Shown piece after piece: positions 1-8,377 of a stretch of DNA of 15,042 nucleotides. Made by a program: the position numbers and the translations under genes. How positions within the stretch are numbered: position 1 is the first letter of the stretch; each line of letters begins with the position of its first letter. This DNA comes from Candidatus Micrarchaeota archaeon. GTDB lineage: Archaea > Micrarchaeota > Micrarchaeia > Anstonellales > Bilamarchaeaceae. A model generated the notes under the pieces. That model searched no databases. It was given only the letters and a program-made list of their open reading frames with translations, and was not told the DNA's origin. Location: NCBI GenBank assembly GCA_037440825.1, contig JBBITJ010000001.1:24686-39727 (forward strand). The letters are read 5' to 3'.

Positions 1-44
1 CTATTTTAATTGGTTTTGCTTGTTGTACGGAAAAAGAAAAAGGA

Positions 45-259
45 AAACGCAGGAAGGGCACCAGGCCCAGCCCAGGCACAATCTACCCTGCACTCAAGGA
101 ACTAAGGAAATGAGGCCCATCTCCGCTGACAAGCGCAAATACTATTCGCTGACAGCGAAGGGGCGCGACGAGCTCGCCTCCGCCTGCTCCGTGTTCTCCA
201 GGGCATTCTACGACGCGGGCGAGATGTTCGTGTGCGGCTCCTGTAAGGACCGGTGCTGA
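45..259 (+). pseudogene. PadR-family winged-helix regulator, frameshifted/disrupted (5' part missing or outside the window)
   Basis: Frame 3 (45-113) reads KRRKGTRPSPGTIYPALKELRK*, containing the PadR recognition-helix motif SPGTIYPAL. Frame 2 (110-259) continues ISADKRKYYSLTAKGRDEL, the PadR wing motif RKYYSLTxxG. The halves are in different frames, with TGA at 111-113. Confidence 0.75.
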
Positions 260-271
260 TGGAGGCTGCGC

Positions 272-285
272 AAGGTTTTTAAACG
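272..285 (+). promoter_or_regulatory. Putative BRE/TATA promoter for the DUF2892 gene
   Basis: aaggTTTTTAAAcg about 40 nt upstream of ATG 323; GAGGTG RBS at 312-317. Confidence 0.5.
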
Positions 286-322
286 TGGGATGAATACTGC
301 AAACGGTACTAGAGGTGTCTTG

Positions 323-571
323 ATGGAAAACGTTGGATACTGGGACAGGATCGCAAGGATAGTTATAGGGATGCTCCTTCTGCTCATCTACGCAGGGTAC
401 AGCACGGTGGCGCTCACGCCCATCCTTAGGGTGGTGCTGCTCGTGGTCGCGCTCATAGCCCTAGTGACTGGCATATCGGCGTACTGCCCGATGTACCAGA
501 CGCTCGGAATGAACACCGCCGGAGGCAAGGCGGAGAAGCCTGCGAAGAATGCGGCGAAAAGGAAGAGGTAG
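323..571 (+). CDS. DUF2892 / YgaP-like small membrane protein
   Basis: MENVGYWDRIARIVIG, two hydrophobic helices, then LVTGISAYCPMYQTLGMNT, matching the DUF2892 signature (NVG..DR..R; G.CP.Y..LG..T). ATG 323 follows a GAGGTG RBS, so it is preferred over ATG 290. Confidence 0.85.
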   Translation: MENVGYWDRIARIVIGMLLLLIYAGYSTVALTPILRVVLLVVALIALVTGISAYCPMYQTLGMNTAGGKAEKPAKNAAKRKR

Positions 572-609
572 CGAGGCAAGACGCCAAGCACGAGACTGGA
601 AACCGCCAA

Positions 610-624
610 GATAGCTTTAAAAAG
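610..624 (+). promoter_or_regulatory. TATA box of the 5S rRNA gene
   Basis: gatagcTTTAAAAAg about 25 nt upstream of the predicted 5S 5' end. Confidence 0.6.
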
Positions 625-645
625 CCTTCTTAGCACATTAATTGT

Positions 646-761
<116 letters not shown>

Positions 762-891
762 CTTATACTTCTTCTAGATAAATCTCTGCTTAGCGAAAGC
801 CGGGGTTTTCGGTCTCTGGTTTCAGGTTCAGCTGCTTCCGCCCTCGTGGCTCCGACTTAACTTTTTATATATTGACCTCAAATTATCTGCG

Positions 892-1290
892 ATGGATCTC
901 AACTCCGGACTTAAGAAGAGAGTGGAGGAGGAGGATTGGGACTACCTAGCCCACATGGCGCACACGTTCGAGCTCGAGTTCGAAACCGAGGATAAGGAGG
1001 ACAGCCGGCTCATGACCGAGCTCCAGATGGTCCGCAAGGTAGTGCACGCATACCTCTCCACAGAGAAGGGCAGGGAAAAATTCCTCTCCACGAAGTTCCT
1101 CGTGAAGATGCACAAAACGATAAGGAAGCTGGAAAAGAAGGTCGCGCAGCAGAAGATGAGGCGAGGCGAGTTCCTCACGTTCCTCAGGGCGCTCATGCAC
1201 AAGATGAAGCAGGAGAAGCTCGTGGTTTACAAGACCTTGGAAAAGACAAGGGAGTTCCAGAAGCACAAGGGCTTCGGAGATGTGCTATGA
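892..1290 (+). CDS. Hypothetical protein (charged, predicted helical)
   Basis: 132-aa ORF with genome-typical codon usage. TTTTTATA box at 862-869 suggests a leaderless or short-leader transcript. The stop overlaps the next start (ATGA at 1287-1290). Confidence 0.75.
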   Translation: MDLNSGLKKRVEEEDWDYLAHMAHTFELEFETEDKEDSRLMTELQMVRKVVHAYLSTEKGREKFLSTKFLVKMHKTIRKLEKKVAQQKMRRGEFLTFLRALMHKMKQEKLVVYKTLEKTREFQKHKGFGDVL

Positions 1291-2000
1291 CGCTGTATTA
1301 CGAGCAGCCGGTGAAGCTTGAGGTCCGGGGCAGGAGCGTATTCGTGAACGGCGAGGTCAAGGACTTCACCGTGCGCACGCTTTCCCAGATGAACGAGGTC
1401 CTCATGAGGAAACAGCAGATAGCCAACGATTTCCCGGTCTATTTCATGTTCCGCTCCATAGCCGAGAAGGACGGGCTCAGGTACGACATGACGATAATAC
1501 CCCCGAAGAAGATCGGGGGCGAGCACGCCAAGACGTACGGCCACTACCACGCGATTGCCGAAAAGGGGCTCAGCTACCCTGAGGTATACCAGGTGCTGGA
1601 CGGGAAGGCGATTTTCGTGCTCCAGCGCAGGAGAAGCGACTTGAGCGTGGACGTGATGATAACTTACGGCGAGAAGGGTCAGCTTGTGATAATACCCCCC
1701 AACTGGGGTCACGTGACCGTGAACGCGTCCGCAGAGAGCGTGCTGGTGATGGCCAACCTGGTCTCCGACAACTTCGAGTCAGATTACAGCGATTACAGGG
1801 TGAACCAGGGCGCTGCCTATTACTTCACGGAGTACGGGCTGGAGCAGAACAGCAATTACCTGATAAGGAGCACCGAGCGCCCCGAGCCTGCTGAGCTGAA
1901 CGCAAGGTACGGATTCCAGTGCTCCGACCTGCTGAAGGAGTTCTGGGAGAACCCGCGCAAATTCGAGTTCCTGAAGAAGCCGAGCCTCCTGCCCAGATGA
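1287..2000 (+). CDS. pgi: Cupin-type (archaeal) glucose-6-phosphate isomerase family protein
   Basis: LRYDMTIIPP, KTYGHYH, YPEVYQVLDGKA and IIPPNWGHVTVN provide the cupin metal ligands H-x-H...E...H typical of Pyrococcus/Thermococcus-type PGI. Confidence 0.88.
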   Translation: MTLYYEQPVKLEVRGRSVFVNGEVKDFTVRTLSQMNEVLMRKQQIANDFPVYFMFRSIAEKDGLRYDMTIIPPKKIGGEHAKTYGHYHAIAEKGLSYPEVYQVLDGKAIFVLQRRRSDLSVDVMITYGEKGQLVIIPPNWGHVTVNASAESVLVMANLVSDNFESDYSDYRVNQGAAYYFTEYGLEQNSNYLIRSTERPEPAELNARYGFQCSDLLKEFWENPRKFEFLKKPSLLPR

Positions 2001-2043
2001 GATTATGCAGAACAGGAAACAGAAGGCTGGAAGCATCCAACTG

Positions 2044-4692
2044 CTATACGCGGTCCAACCTGCCGCTAGCTAATTGGGCGCTTCCCCCTCCTTTCCCTCC
2101 GTGCTTCCTCACTATTTCGTCGAGGATTTCATTCGCCTTGAATTTGGATTTCTTCCCGCACGCGCACACCAAGTTGCCCTGCTTGTTAGCTATGGCCACT
2201 GCGCCCAGGTCCCCTGAAGTGATTTTCTGCGCGATCTTCATCAGTATCCCAGGCTCCAGGTCCAGCACCTTGTACACGTAAGCCCCCTTCTTCTCGCTCT
2301 CAAGCGCGAGCTCTTCGGCTTCTGCGTCAGCGAGGGTTGCGGAGAGCTCCTCTATCCTCTTTCCGCGCTGCTTCCACTCCTCGAAGAACCTCTCCACAGT
2401 CTTGGGAAGCTCCTGCGGAGAAACGCTGACCTTTTCCGCAGCGGTGCGCAATATCTCGTCCTGCTTCTGGACATAGGAAAGCGCGCCGAGGCCCGTGGCG
2501 TAGGTTATCCTCTCGAGCCCGTCCTGTATGCCTTCCCTCTTCATTATCTTGAAAAATCCTATTTCACCCGTAGTCTTGTTCATGTGATGGGTGCCTCCGC
2601 ACGCCTCCACGTCCACGCCCTCTATCTTGGCTATCCTGAGCTCCTTTCCTGGAACCGCTCCGCCCTGGTAGAGGCGGAAGCCGTATTTCTCCTCGGCCAC
2701 GTTGCGCGGAAGGACCTCCACGACTATGGGAAGGTCCTCCATTATCCACTCGTTCACCTTGCGCTCTATCGCATCCAGCTCCTTCTGGGTTATGCGCCGG
2801 TAGTGCGTGATGTCGAGGTGCGCCTTGTCCACGTCCTTGTGCGAGCCGCCCTGCCACACGTGCGGCCCGAGCACCGCCCTTGCGGCTGCGTTGAGCATGT
2901 GCGCTGCGGTGTGGTTCTTCGAGATTGCCTTCCTCCTCTTCATGTCTATTTTACCGGAAACCTTCTGCCCTGGCTTGAATGAGGAAAGCTGCTCGACTTC
3001 GTGCAATATCACGCCTGCTACTTTGACTACGTTCTTCACTTTCTTCCCGTCCAGCGTTCCGCTGTCAGCCACCTGCCCGCCGCTCTCGGCGTAGAAAGCG
3101 GTGCGGTCCAGCACCACGAACTTGTTCTCAAGTATTCCGAGCACGGTGGCTTCGAACGAATCCGAATCGGAATAGAAGAGCTGCTCGGTCCTCTGGAAAG
3201 CGGCAACGTCGGTCTTGGGCCCCGCTTTTTCCTCGGCCTCGTCGGACGCGCGCACGAGCTCGTAGAAGTTGCCCGGCATCTCCACGCGCACCTTGTTCTC
3301 CGCGCCTATCTCCACCACGTATTCCGGAGGCACGCCGTGGCTCGTGTAGAGCATCTTCAGGTCCTCGAACCCTATGGGCTTCCCGCTTCTCACCAGCGTC
3401 GTGACTTTGCCTTTTGATTTCTCCTTCGTTGCGAGGAACTTCCTGCGCTCCTCCTCTATCACGGCTGCAGTGCTCTCCACGCCTTCCTTCAAATGCGGGA
3501 AAATCCCGTGGAGATGGTCTGCATGGCCTTTCACTATCTTGTGGAAGTCGAATTCCCACCCATTCCTTTGTTCGAACCCGAACACCCTCCTCAGTATCAG
3601 GCGGAGGTTGTATCCGCCTCCGCTGTTCGAGGGAAGCATTCCGTCCGTGACTGTGAAGAGCGTGGTGCACGTGTGGTCCGCGGTCGCATAGATTGCCTGC
3701 AGCGGCTCCAGCTTGTCGAACAGCTCCTCTTTGGTGGTTCCGAGCTGCTTCGCCACTTTTGCTTTCTCTGCCTCTATATCCTGCACTTCGTCGAGCGCCA
3801 GCCCGCCCGATATTTTCGCGTATTTGGTGAAGAGCTGCTCGTCTATGTGCACATCAAAATCTTTTTTCATCTCCTTCACTACATTTCCGAAAACGATTTC
3901 GTAGCTCGTGGGCGAGCCGTGGGTTATCCACGCGAGGCGGGAAAGCCCAGCGCCCATATCTATAACTTTGGTCTTCAGTTCGCGGTCGCCGCTCTTGGTT
4001 ATCTCGTACTGCATGAAGACGCAGTTTCCGAGCTCCAGCCCTCTTGAGAAATATTCCATGCTGGGGCCGTAGTTGCCTCCGCCTGCCCACACATCCTCTA
4101 TGAACACGAGGTCCTGCTCCTTTATTCCAAGGGTCTTGAGGTATTCTATGTCGTGCCCCAGTGCCTGGTCCTTCCAGTAGAACTGCCCGGTCTTTTCGGT
4201 GTTGAACGCGTGCTGGCCCACCATAACGAAATTCGTGTAGTGCCTTCCCGTCACGCCCACGTTCCCTATGTCCCCGAACCTTATGCACGGCTGCGGGACT
4301 ATGAGCGGATTGCTCGGCGGATCCAGTTCGCCGTTCACCACATAGGGCTGGAAGTCGTTTATGCTCGCTATCGTAAAGTAGAGGTCGTCGCGCCATCTCG
4401 CAACAGTCGGATAGGGGGCGACATAGCCGTGGCCGTGGCTGGTGAAGTACTTCTTTATCTCGTTCCAGGTCTCCACGTAGCCCAGCTTCCTGTTCGATGG
4501 GGCGTTTCCTATGAATTCGTACCCTATGCACGCCGGATCAGCGCATTTCTCCCTTTCCTCAGGCGCCCAGAAGCTCCTTCCGCAGTTCCTGCATTTCTGC
4601 CTTGAAAAGCCCTTCTCCTTGAGCGATTTTATGTCATAGTGCTTCTGCCAGTCCTTCTGGAAGCGCGCGCGCAATTCGTTCTTGTCGACCAT
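2044..4692 (-). CDS. alaS: Alanine--tRNA ligase (archaeal type)
   Basis: N-terminal CxxC...C Zn motif, VARWRDDLYFTIASI, QPCIRF.DI.NVG.TGRH, GLELGNCVFMQY, IDMGAGL; editing motifs HTAAH and CGGTH; C-terminal GGKGGG (DHHA1). Confidence 0.98.
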   Translation of the reverse strand: MVDKNELRARFQKDWQKHYDIKSLKEKGFSRQKCRNCGRSFWAPEEREKCADPACIGYEFIGNAPSNRKLGYVETWNEIKKYFTSHGHGYVAPYPTVARWRDDLYFTIASINDFQPYVVNGELDPPSNPLIVPQPCIRFGDIGNVGVTGRHYTNFVMVGQHAFNTEKTGQFYWKDQALGHDIEYLKTLGIKEQDLVFIEDVWAGGGNYGPSMEYFSRGLELGNCVFMQYEITKSGDRELKTKVIDMGAGLSRLAWITHGSPTSYEIVFGNVVKEMKKDFDVHIDEQLFTKYAKISGGLALDEVQDIEAEKAKVAKQLGTTKEELFDKLEPLQAIYATADHTCTTLFTVTDGMLPSNSGGGYNLRLILRRVFGFEQRNGWEFDFHKIVKGHADHLHGIFPHLKEGVESTAAVIEEERRKFLATKEKSKGKVTTLVRSGKPIGFEDLKMLYTSHGVPPEYVVEIGAENKVRVEMPGNFYELVRASDEAEEKAGPKTDVAAFQRTEQLFYSDSDSFEATVLGILENKFVVLDRTAFYAESGGQVADSGTLDGKKVKNVVKVAGVILHEVEQLSSFKPGQKVSGKIDMKRRKAISKNHTAAHMLNAAARAVLGPHVWQGGSHKDVDKAHLDITHYRRITQKELDAIERKVNEWIMEDLPIVVEVLPRNVAEEKYGFRLYQGGAVPGKELRIAKIEGVDVEACGGTHHMNKTTGEIGFFKIMKREGIQDGLERITYATGLGALSYVQKQDEILRTAAEKVSVSPQELPKTVERFFEEWKQRGKRIEELSATLADAEAEELALESEKKGAYVYKVLDLEPGILMKIAQKITSGDLGAVAIANKQGNLVCACGKKSKFKANEILDEIVRKHGGKGGGSAQLASGRLDRV

Positions 4693-4741
4693 GATGAATC
4701 AGCCTTCTGATGTTGATGAGTATAGATGGCTGAAAACGATT

Positions 4742-5095
4742 TTAAAGGGATTTTTTGCCTTGTTTTTCGAGGATTCTGGAGATCTCTTTTTTGAGCTCAG
4801 GCACATCTTCCTGCACGGTCTTCCACACCGCCTTCAGGTCCACGCCCATGTAATCGTGCACGAGTTTGTCCCGCATGCCGGAGATGTCCTTCCATGGGAC
4901 TTGCGGATGGCCGGATTTGAATTCAGGGGAGAGACGCTTGCTGGCTTCGCCCACAATCTGGATCTGGCGGATCACGGCGTCGTGATAGACGGATGCGGAG
5001 GAGAACTTGTCAAAAACCATACCTTTCGTATATTCCTGAATTCTTGAAAGCGCATCGAAGATATGGCGAAGGTAGACGGAATCGTCCTTTTCCAT
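4742..5095 (-). CDS. hepT: HepT-like HEPN RNase toxin (DUF86)
   Basis: YLRHIFDA, DAVIRQIQIVGEASKRLS, VPWKDISGMRDKLVHDY; contains the HEPN R-x4-H motif followed by the Tyr that is AMPylated in this family. Start overlaps the stop of the upstream MNT gene (TGATG). Confidence 0.93.
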   Translation of the reverse strand: MEKDDSVYLRHIFDALSRIQEYTKGMVFDKFSSASVYHDAVIRQIQIVGEASKRLSPEFKSGHPQVPWKDISGMRDKLVHDYMGVDLKAVWKTVQEDVPELKKEISRILEKQGKKSL

Positions 5096-5391
5096 CAGTA
5101 GAGCACCCTGGCCTCGTCCTTCACGCGCTTGACGATATAGGGGCTGATGGCGCGCTCAGTAAGCAGGTTCGCCTTTATGCCCAGTTGCTCGGAAAGCTCG
5201 CGCTCAATCCTTGCGAATTCCAGCAGGCTCTTGTCCTGCTTGAATTCCACGAGAAGGTCAAGGTCGCTGCCTTTTCTCTGCTCGCCTCTGGCATAGGAGC
5301 CGAAAACGGCTATTTTTTTTGCCCCGTAGGAGCGCAGTATGGACACTGCCTTGCCGAAGAGCGCAGATGCGAGTTCTTTGTTTTTTGACAT
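5095..5391 (-). CDS. mntA: MntA-like minimal nucleotidyltransferase antitoxin
   Basis: VFGSYARGEQRKGSDLDLLVEF matches the GS-x10-DxD motif; 98 aa; directly upstream of and coupled to the HEPN gene. Confidence 0.92.
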   Translation of the reverse strand: MSKNKELASALFGKAVSILRSYGAKKIAVFGSYARGEQRKGSDLDLLVEFKQDKSLLEFARIERELSEQLGIKANLLTERAISPYIVKRVKDEARVLY

Positions 5392-5444
5392 GGTGAAAAT
5401 TAGCTCCCGTTGTTTTTAATTGTTTTGAGAATGAGGATTTGGGG

Positions 5445-5498
5445 AAAAAGAATGAAGAAAAGAAAAAGAAAGGAGAAGTGTTTTCCCTTGCGGGAAAA
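5445..5498 (-). terminator. Hairpin plus pyrimidine-tract terminator of the S-layer gene
   Basis: Immediately after the TAA on the minus strand: TTTTCCC-GCAA-GGGAAAA (7-bp stem, GNRA loop, 5481-5498), followed by CTTCTCCTTTCTTTTTCTTTTCTTCATTCTTTTT. Confidence 0.75.
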
Positions 5499-8360
5499 TT
5501 ACTTCAGCCTTGCAAGGAACTCGTTTCCTGCAGCCATCGTGTCGTCAGCCGTGAGACCTGCAACCACTATCCTCTTGTCGAATGCTCTTACGACAACAGG
5601 GGTAGCAGCGAAGTCCACGTCCGATCCCGCAATGGTCTCGGCAGTGACCGAGTTGACCTTGTCGCCTCCGACGGTGATGAGCACGGTGCTCGTTACCGCA
5701 GCCGCGTCCTTATCAAGGACAACAAGCTTCGGGTCGAGTCCAGAGTAGGGCACTACCGCCTCAACGCTCGCTGCGTTGTTCGGCATTATCACCGCGCTGA
5801 TCTGGCTTGCCGGAACCGTACAGGTTGCCGATCCGCCAGCAGCCTGGCATGCGCCCACAGTCTCGTCGATGCTCTTGACCTTTATGGTCACGTCGCCGAT
5901 CTCGGTCTGCTCTCCCTCCGCAAGGGTCACCTGCGTGGTCGAAGCACCGGTCTCAGCTGCTTCCGCGGTCGCGAACTCGTACTGCGCCTGGGCAACCTCC
6001 TTCGCAACCTTGAAGGTTACGGAAGTGTCGCCGATGTCCGTGAACTGAGTTCCCCTCGGGCTGATGAACTTGCCCTCCTCGTACGTCCCATCGGAGTACG
6101 AAAGGACCGTCAGCGCGTCCGTGTATTTCACAGAGTCGTCGACGTCAGTTCCCTGAGCCTCGAACTGGGTGCTGCTGGAGTCGTACTCCACGCCCATCTT
6201 GCCGAGTGCGTGCTCGTCCGTGTCTACTGTTCCGATGTCCTCGTAGAGCCAGATAGCCGGATCCGTGCCCGGAGTGAAGGATATTACTCCTCCGTCCGTG
6301 GTCGAGGCCAGCTCTCCAGCATTCGCGTAGTCTACGGTCGTCTCACCCGTGAACGTGTCCGACACGTAGTACTCGTTCGAGGTCGCAGTCTGCTTTATCA
6401 GGTAGACCGCGTTCGCCGCAGCGATATTCGAGTTGGTGAGTTCGTTCACCGTGTCCGCGTTGTCGTCGCTACTGTCCGTGTCCGTGTCTTCGTCAACGTC
6501 CACAAGCCCGTCAATTATGTCGACCTGCTCGTCCGCGCCGTCGTAGAAGATCACGTCGGATTTGTCGTCGCTGCCGTTAATGATTCCGTTTCCGTCCACG
6601 TCAATGGTGGCATCGATTACCTTGTACACCGTTCCGTCCTTGGTAACGATGTATCCGTCGTCGTCACCGTCCGTGGCACCGTCTTCGTCGAGGTCAACTT
6701 CGCCGTCGATTATGTCGAACTGGCCGAGCCCCACGTAGTAAAGGGTGTCGCCTTCGCCTCCGGATCCGCTGAACGCGCTCTCGTCCTGGCTCGTTACCTT
6801 TATGTAGTCGCCGAGCTCAACAGTGTACGCTCCGACGTCCACGCTCTGGCCGTTGCCCTTCGTGTACTTGAGGGTGTCGTAGTCAGAGCTCTTGAGGTTG
6901 AGTCCCTGGTAGGTCAGTTTGTACGCAACCGGGTCCTCGATCACGTTCAAGCTGTCCCCTTCAACCATCGCGACGTTCTCGCCGCTGAAGGTGAATGCGT
7001 CCCTGTAGAGCAGTATGCTCCTAAGGGTATCGGGGTCGTCGACATCCGCGTCTCCCGGCGTTCCGGCATCCTTGTTCTTCCAGATGAGCTCTACGTTCCA
7101 GTTCTCGTTGTCCTCATCGTCAACGGTGTCTCCGTCGTTGAGGGTCAGCTCGTTCTCCAGAAGAGCCATTTCAGCCCACTTGGCGCCCAGGGTGTAACCC
7201 GGAGCAGTCTGGTAGACCTTGATCTTGTAGGTCACTCCGCCTACGATCTTCTCAAGCGTCTCTCCCGGCTCGATCTGGTCCTGCGAAATCACAGAGCCGT
7301 CAGACCTCAGGAAGCTCACGATTGCCGGAGCAGTCTGGTCAGATCCGACCGGAGTCGAAATGTCGTCCAGCCTAATTTTGAGCTGCCCGTCGCTCGTGTC
7401 GAGCGTCTCGCCGATGTTCACGATTCCGTATACGCTCTCTTTCGCGAGCGTCACGGTGCCGCTGCCCGAAGAAGCGTCCGTGGTCGTGGTCAGCGAAGTA
7501 GTGTCCGGAGTCATGTCCGTTATGATCCACGTGCTGCCGAGGAACTGCACCGCAAGCCTGTGCTTTCCGATGTATTCAGCGTCGGTGGACTGGCATGCTG
7601 CGTAGTCCTTGTCGCCGTTCACGTCATCGGTACAAACCGGTATTCCGCTGTGGTCCGCGGTGTCGAACTTGACCTGATATACTATCATATCGGGCTTGAA
7701 TTCGATCTTGCCGTCGGAGTCAGCGTACTCGGTGGTTCCCTTCACCCACACGCTCTGCGTCTCAGTGTAGGAGTCGCCAGTCTGCGAGTCCGTGAGGGTC
7801 GCCGAGTTGAACGGCATGAACTTCTTCGAGTCGACCTTGTAGAGGTCCTCATCGCTCAGGATTGCCGTGCTTCCGAGGTCGAACGGGTTAGCGTCCGCGC
7901 TGGCCTCGGATACGTCCTGGCTGTAGAGGTCCTCCGGGTTTGTGTTCACCCTGTTCTGGAGCCTCTTGTCTATGTAGTCTCCGATCAGGGTCGCGAACTC
8001 GTGCACTCCTGCGTTGGTTGCTCCAGGTACAGTAACCTCAAGGGTCACTTTCTCGTCGGAGACCGCGCAGGTTCCGTTGGATGCTCCAGCAGTGCAGGTT
8101 CCGGTAGCGTCGTTCGGCACAGCTGCGGTGTAGGTGACCTTCTTGTAGGCCGCTCCAGCGATCTTAGCCGCTATCGCTGCCGCAACAGCTCCGTCCGAAG
8201 GCGCAGCTTTGCTTCCGAGCACGACCTTGGCCACAGGCTGTCCGTTGTCGTCTACCAGAGCCGTGTTGTCGAACATCAGTCCGGCAAAGGCTACTGAGCT
8301 GGCCAAGATAGTCGCGCCTGCGACAATCGCGCCAATTTTCTTCAGGTTTACTCCTTTCAT
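5499..8360 (-). CDS. S-layer protein (S_layer_N/S_layer_C type), secreted and highly acidic
   Basis: Signal peptide MKGVNLKKIGAIVAGATILASSVAFA; N-terminal VVLGSKAAPSDGAVAAAIAA; C-terminal LITVGGDKVNSVT...IVVAGLTADDTMAA, which are conserved terminal motifs of Methanococcales/DPANN-type S-layer proteins. D/T/G-rich, strong codon bias, TGAGGTGA RBS at 8365-8372. Confidence 0.9.
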   Translation of the reverse strand: MKGVNLKKIGAIVAGATILASSVAFAGLMFDNTALVDDNGQPVAKVVLGSKAAPSDGAVAAAIAAKIAGAAYKKVTYTAAVPNDATGTCTAGASNGTCAVSDEKVTLEVTVPGATNAGVHEFATLIGDYIDKRLQNRVNTNPEDLYSQDVSEASADANPFDLGSTAILSDEDLYKVDSKKFMPFNSATLTDSQTGDSYTETQSVWVKGTTEYADSDGKIEFKPDMIVYQVKFDTADHSGIPVCTDDVNGDKDYAACQSTDAEYIGKHRLAVQFLGSTWIITDMTPDTTSLTTTTDASSGSGTVTLAKESVYGIVNIGETLDTSDGQLKIRLDDISTPVGSDQTAPAIVSFLRSDGSVISQDQIEPGETLEKIVGGVTYKIKVYQTAPGYTLGAKWAEMALLENELTLNDGDTVDDEDNENWNVELIWKNKDAGTPGDADVDDPDTLRSILLYRDAFTFSGENVAMVEGDSLNVIEDPVAYKLTYQGLNLKSSDYDTLKYTKGNGQSVDVGAYTVELGDYIKVTSQDESAFSGSGGEGDTLYYVGLGQFDIIDGEVDLDEDGATDGDDDGYIVTKDGTVYKVIDATIDVDGNGIINGSDDKSDVIFYDGADEQVDIIDGLVDVDEDTDTDSSDDNADTVNELTNSNIAAANAVYLIKQTATSNEYYVSDTFTGETTVDYANAGELASTTDGGVISFTPGTDPAIWLYEDIGTVDTDEHALGKMGVEYDSSSTQFEAQGTDVDDSVKYTDALTVLSYSDGTYEEGKFISPRGTQFTDIGDTSVTFKVAKEVAQAQYEFATAEAAETGASTTQVTLAEGEQTEIGDVTIKVKSIDETVGACQAAGGSATCTVPASQISAVIMPNNAASVEAVVPYSGLDPKLVVLDKDAAAVTSTVLITVGGDKVNSVTAETIAGSDVDFAATPVVVRAFDKRIVVAGLTADDTMAAGNEFLARLK
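6452..6719 (-). repeat. Three degenerate tandem acidic peptide repeats inside the S-layer protein
   Basis: DIIDGEVDLDEDGATDGDDDG / KVIDATIDVDGNGIINGSDD / DIIDGLVDVDEDTDTDSSDDN, spaced about 31-34 aa apart. Confidence 0.7.
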
Positions 8361-8377
8361 GTTTTCACCTCATTTTT

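Noticed and set aside
20..109. N-terminus of the 79-aa ORF as given in the track
   Set aside because: The PadR-like sequence here is in a different frame, so this translation is spurious.
2564..4605. Multiple alternative-frame and antisense ORFs within alaS (likewise within hppA, HMG-CoA synthase and the GT-like gene)
   Set aside because: Shadow ORFs typical of GC3-rich genes, with no motifs.
5439..8297. 952-aa plus-strand ORF
   Set aside because: In-register antisense shadow of the S-layer gene; the V/R/L-rich translation has no recognisable motifs and is explained by codon bias.
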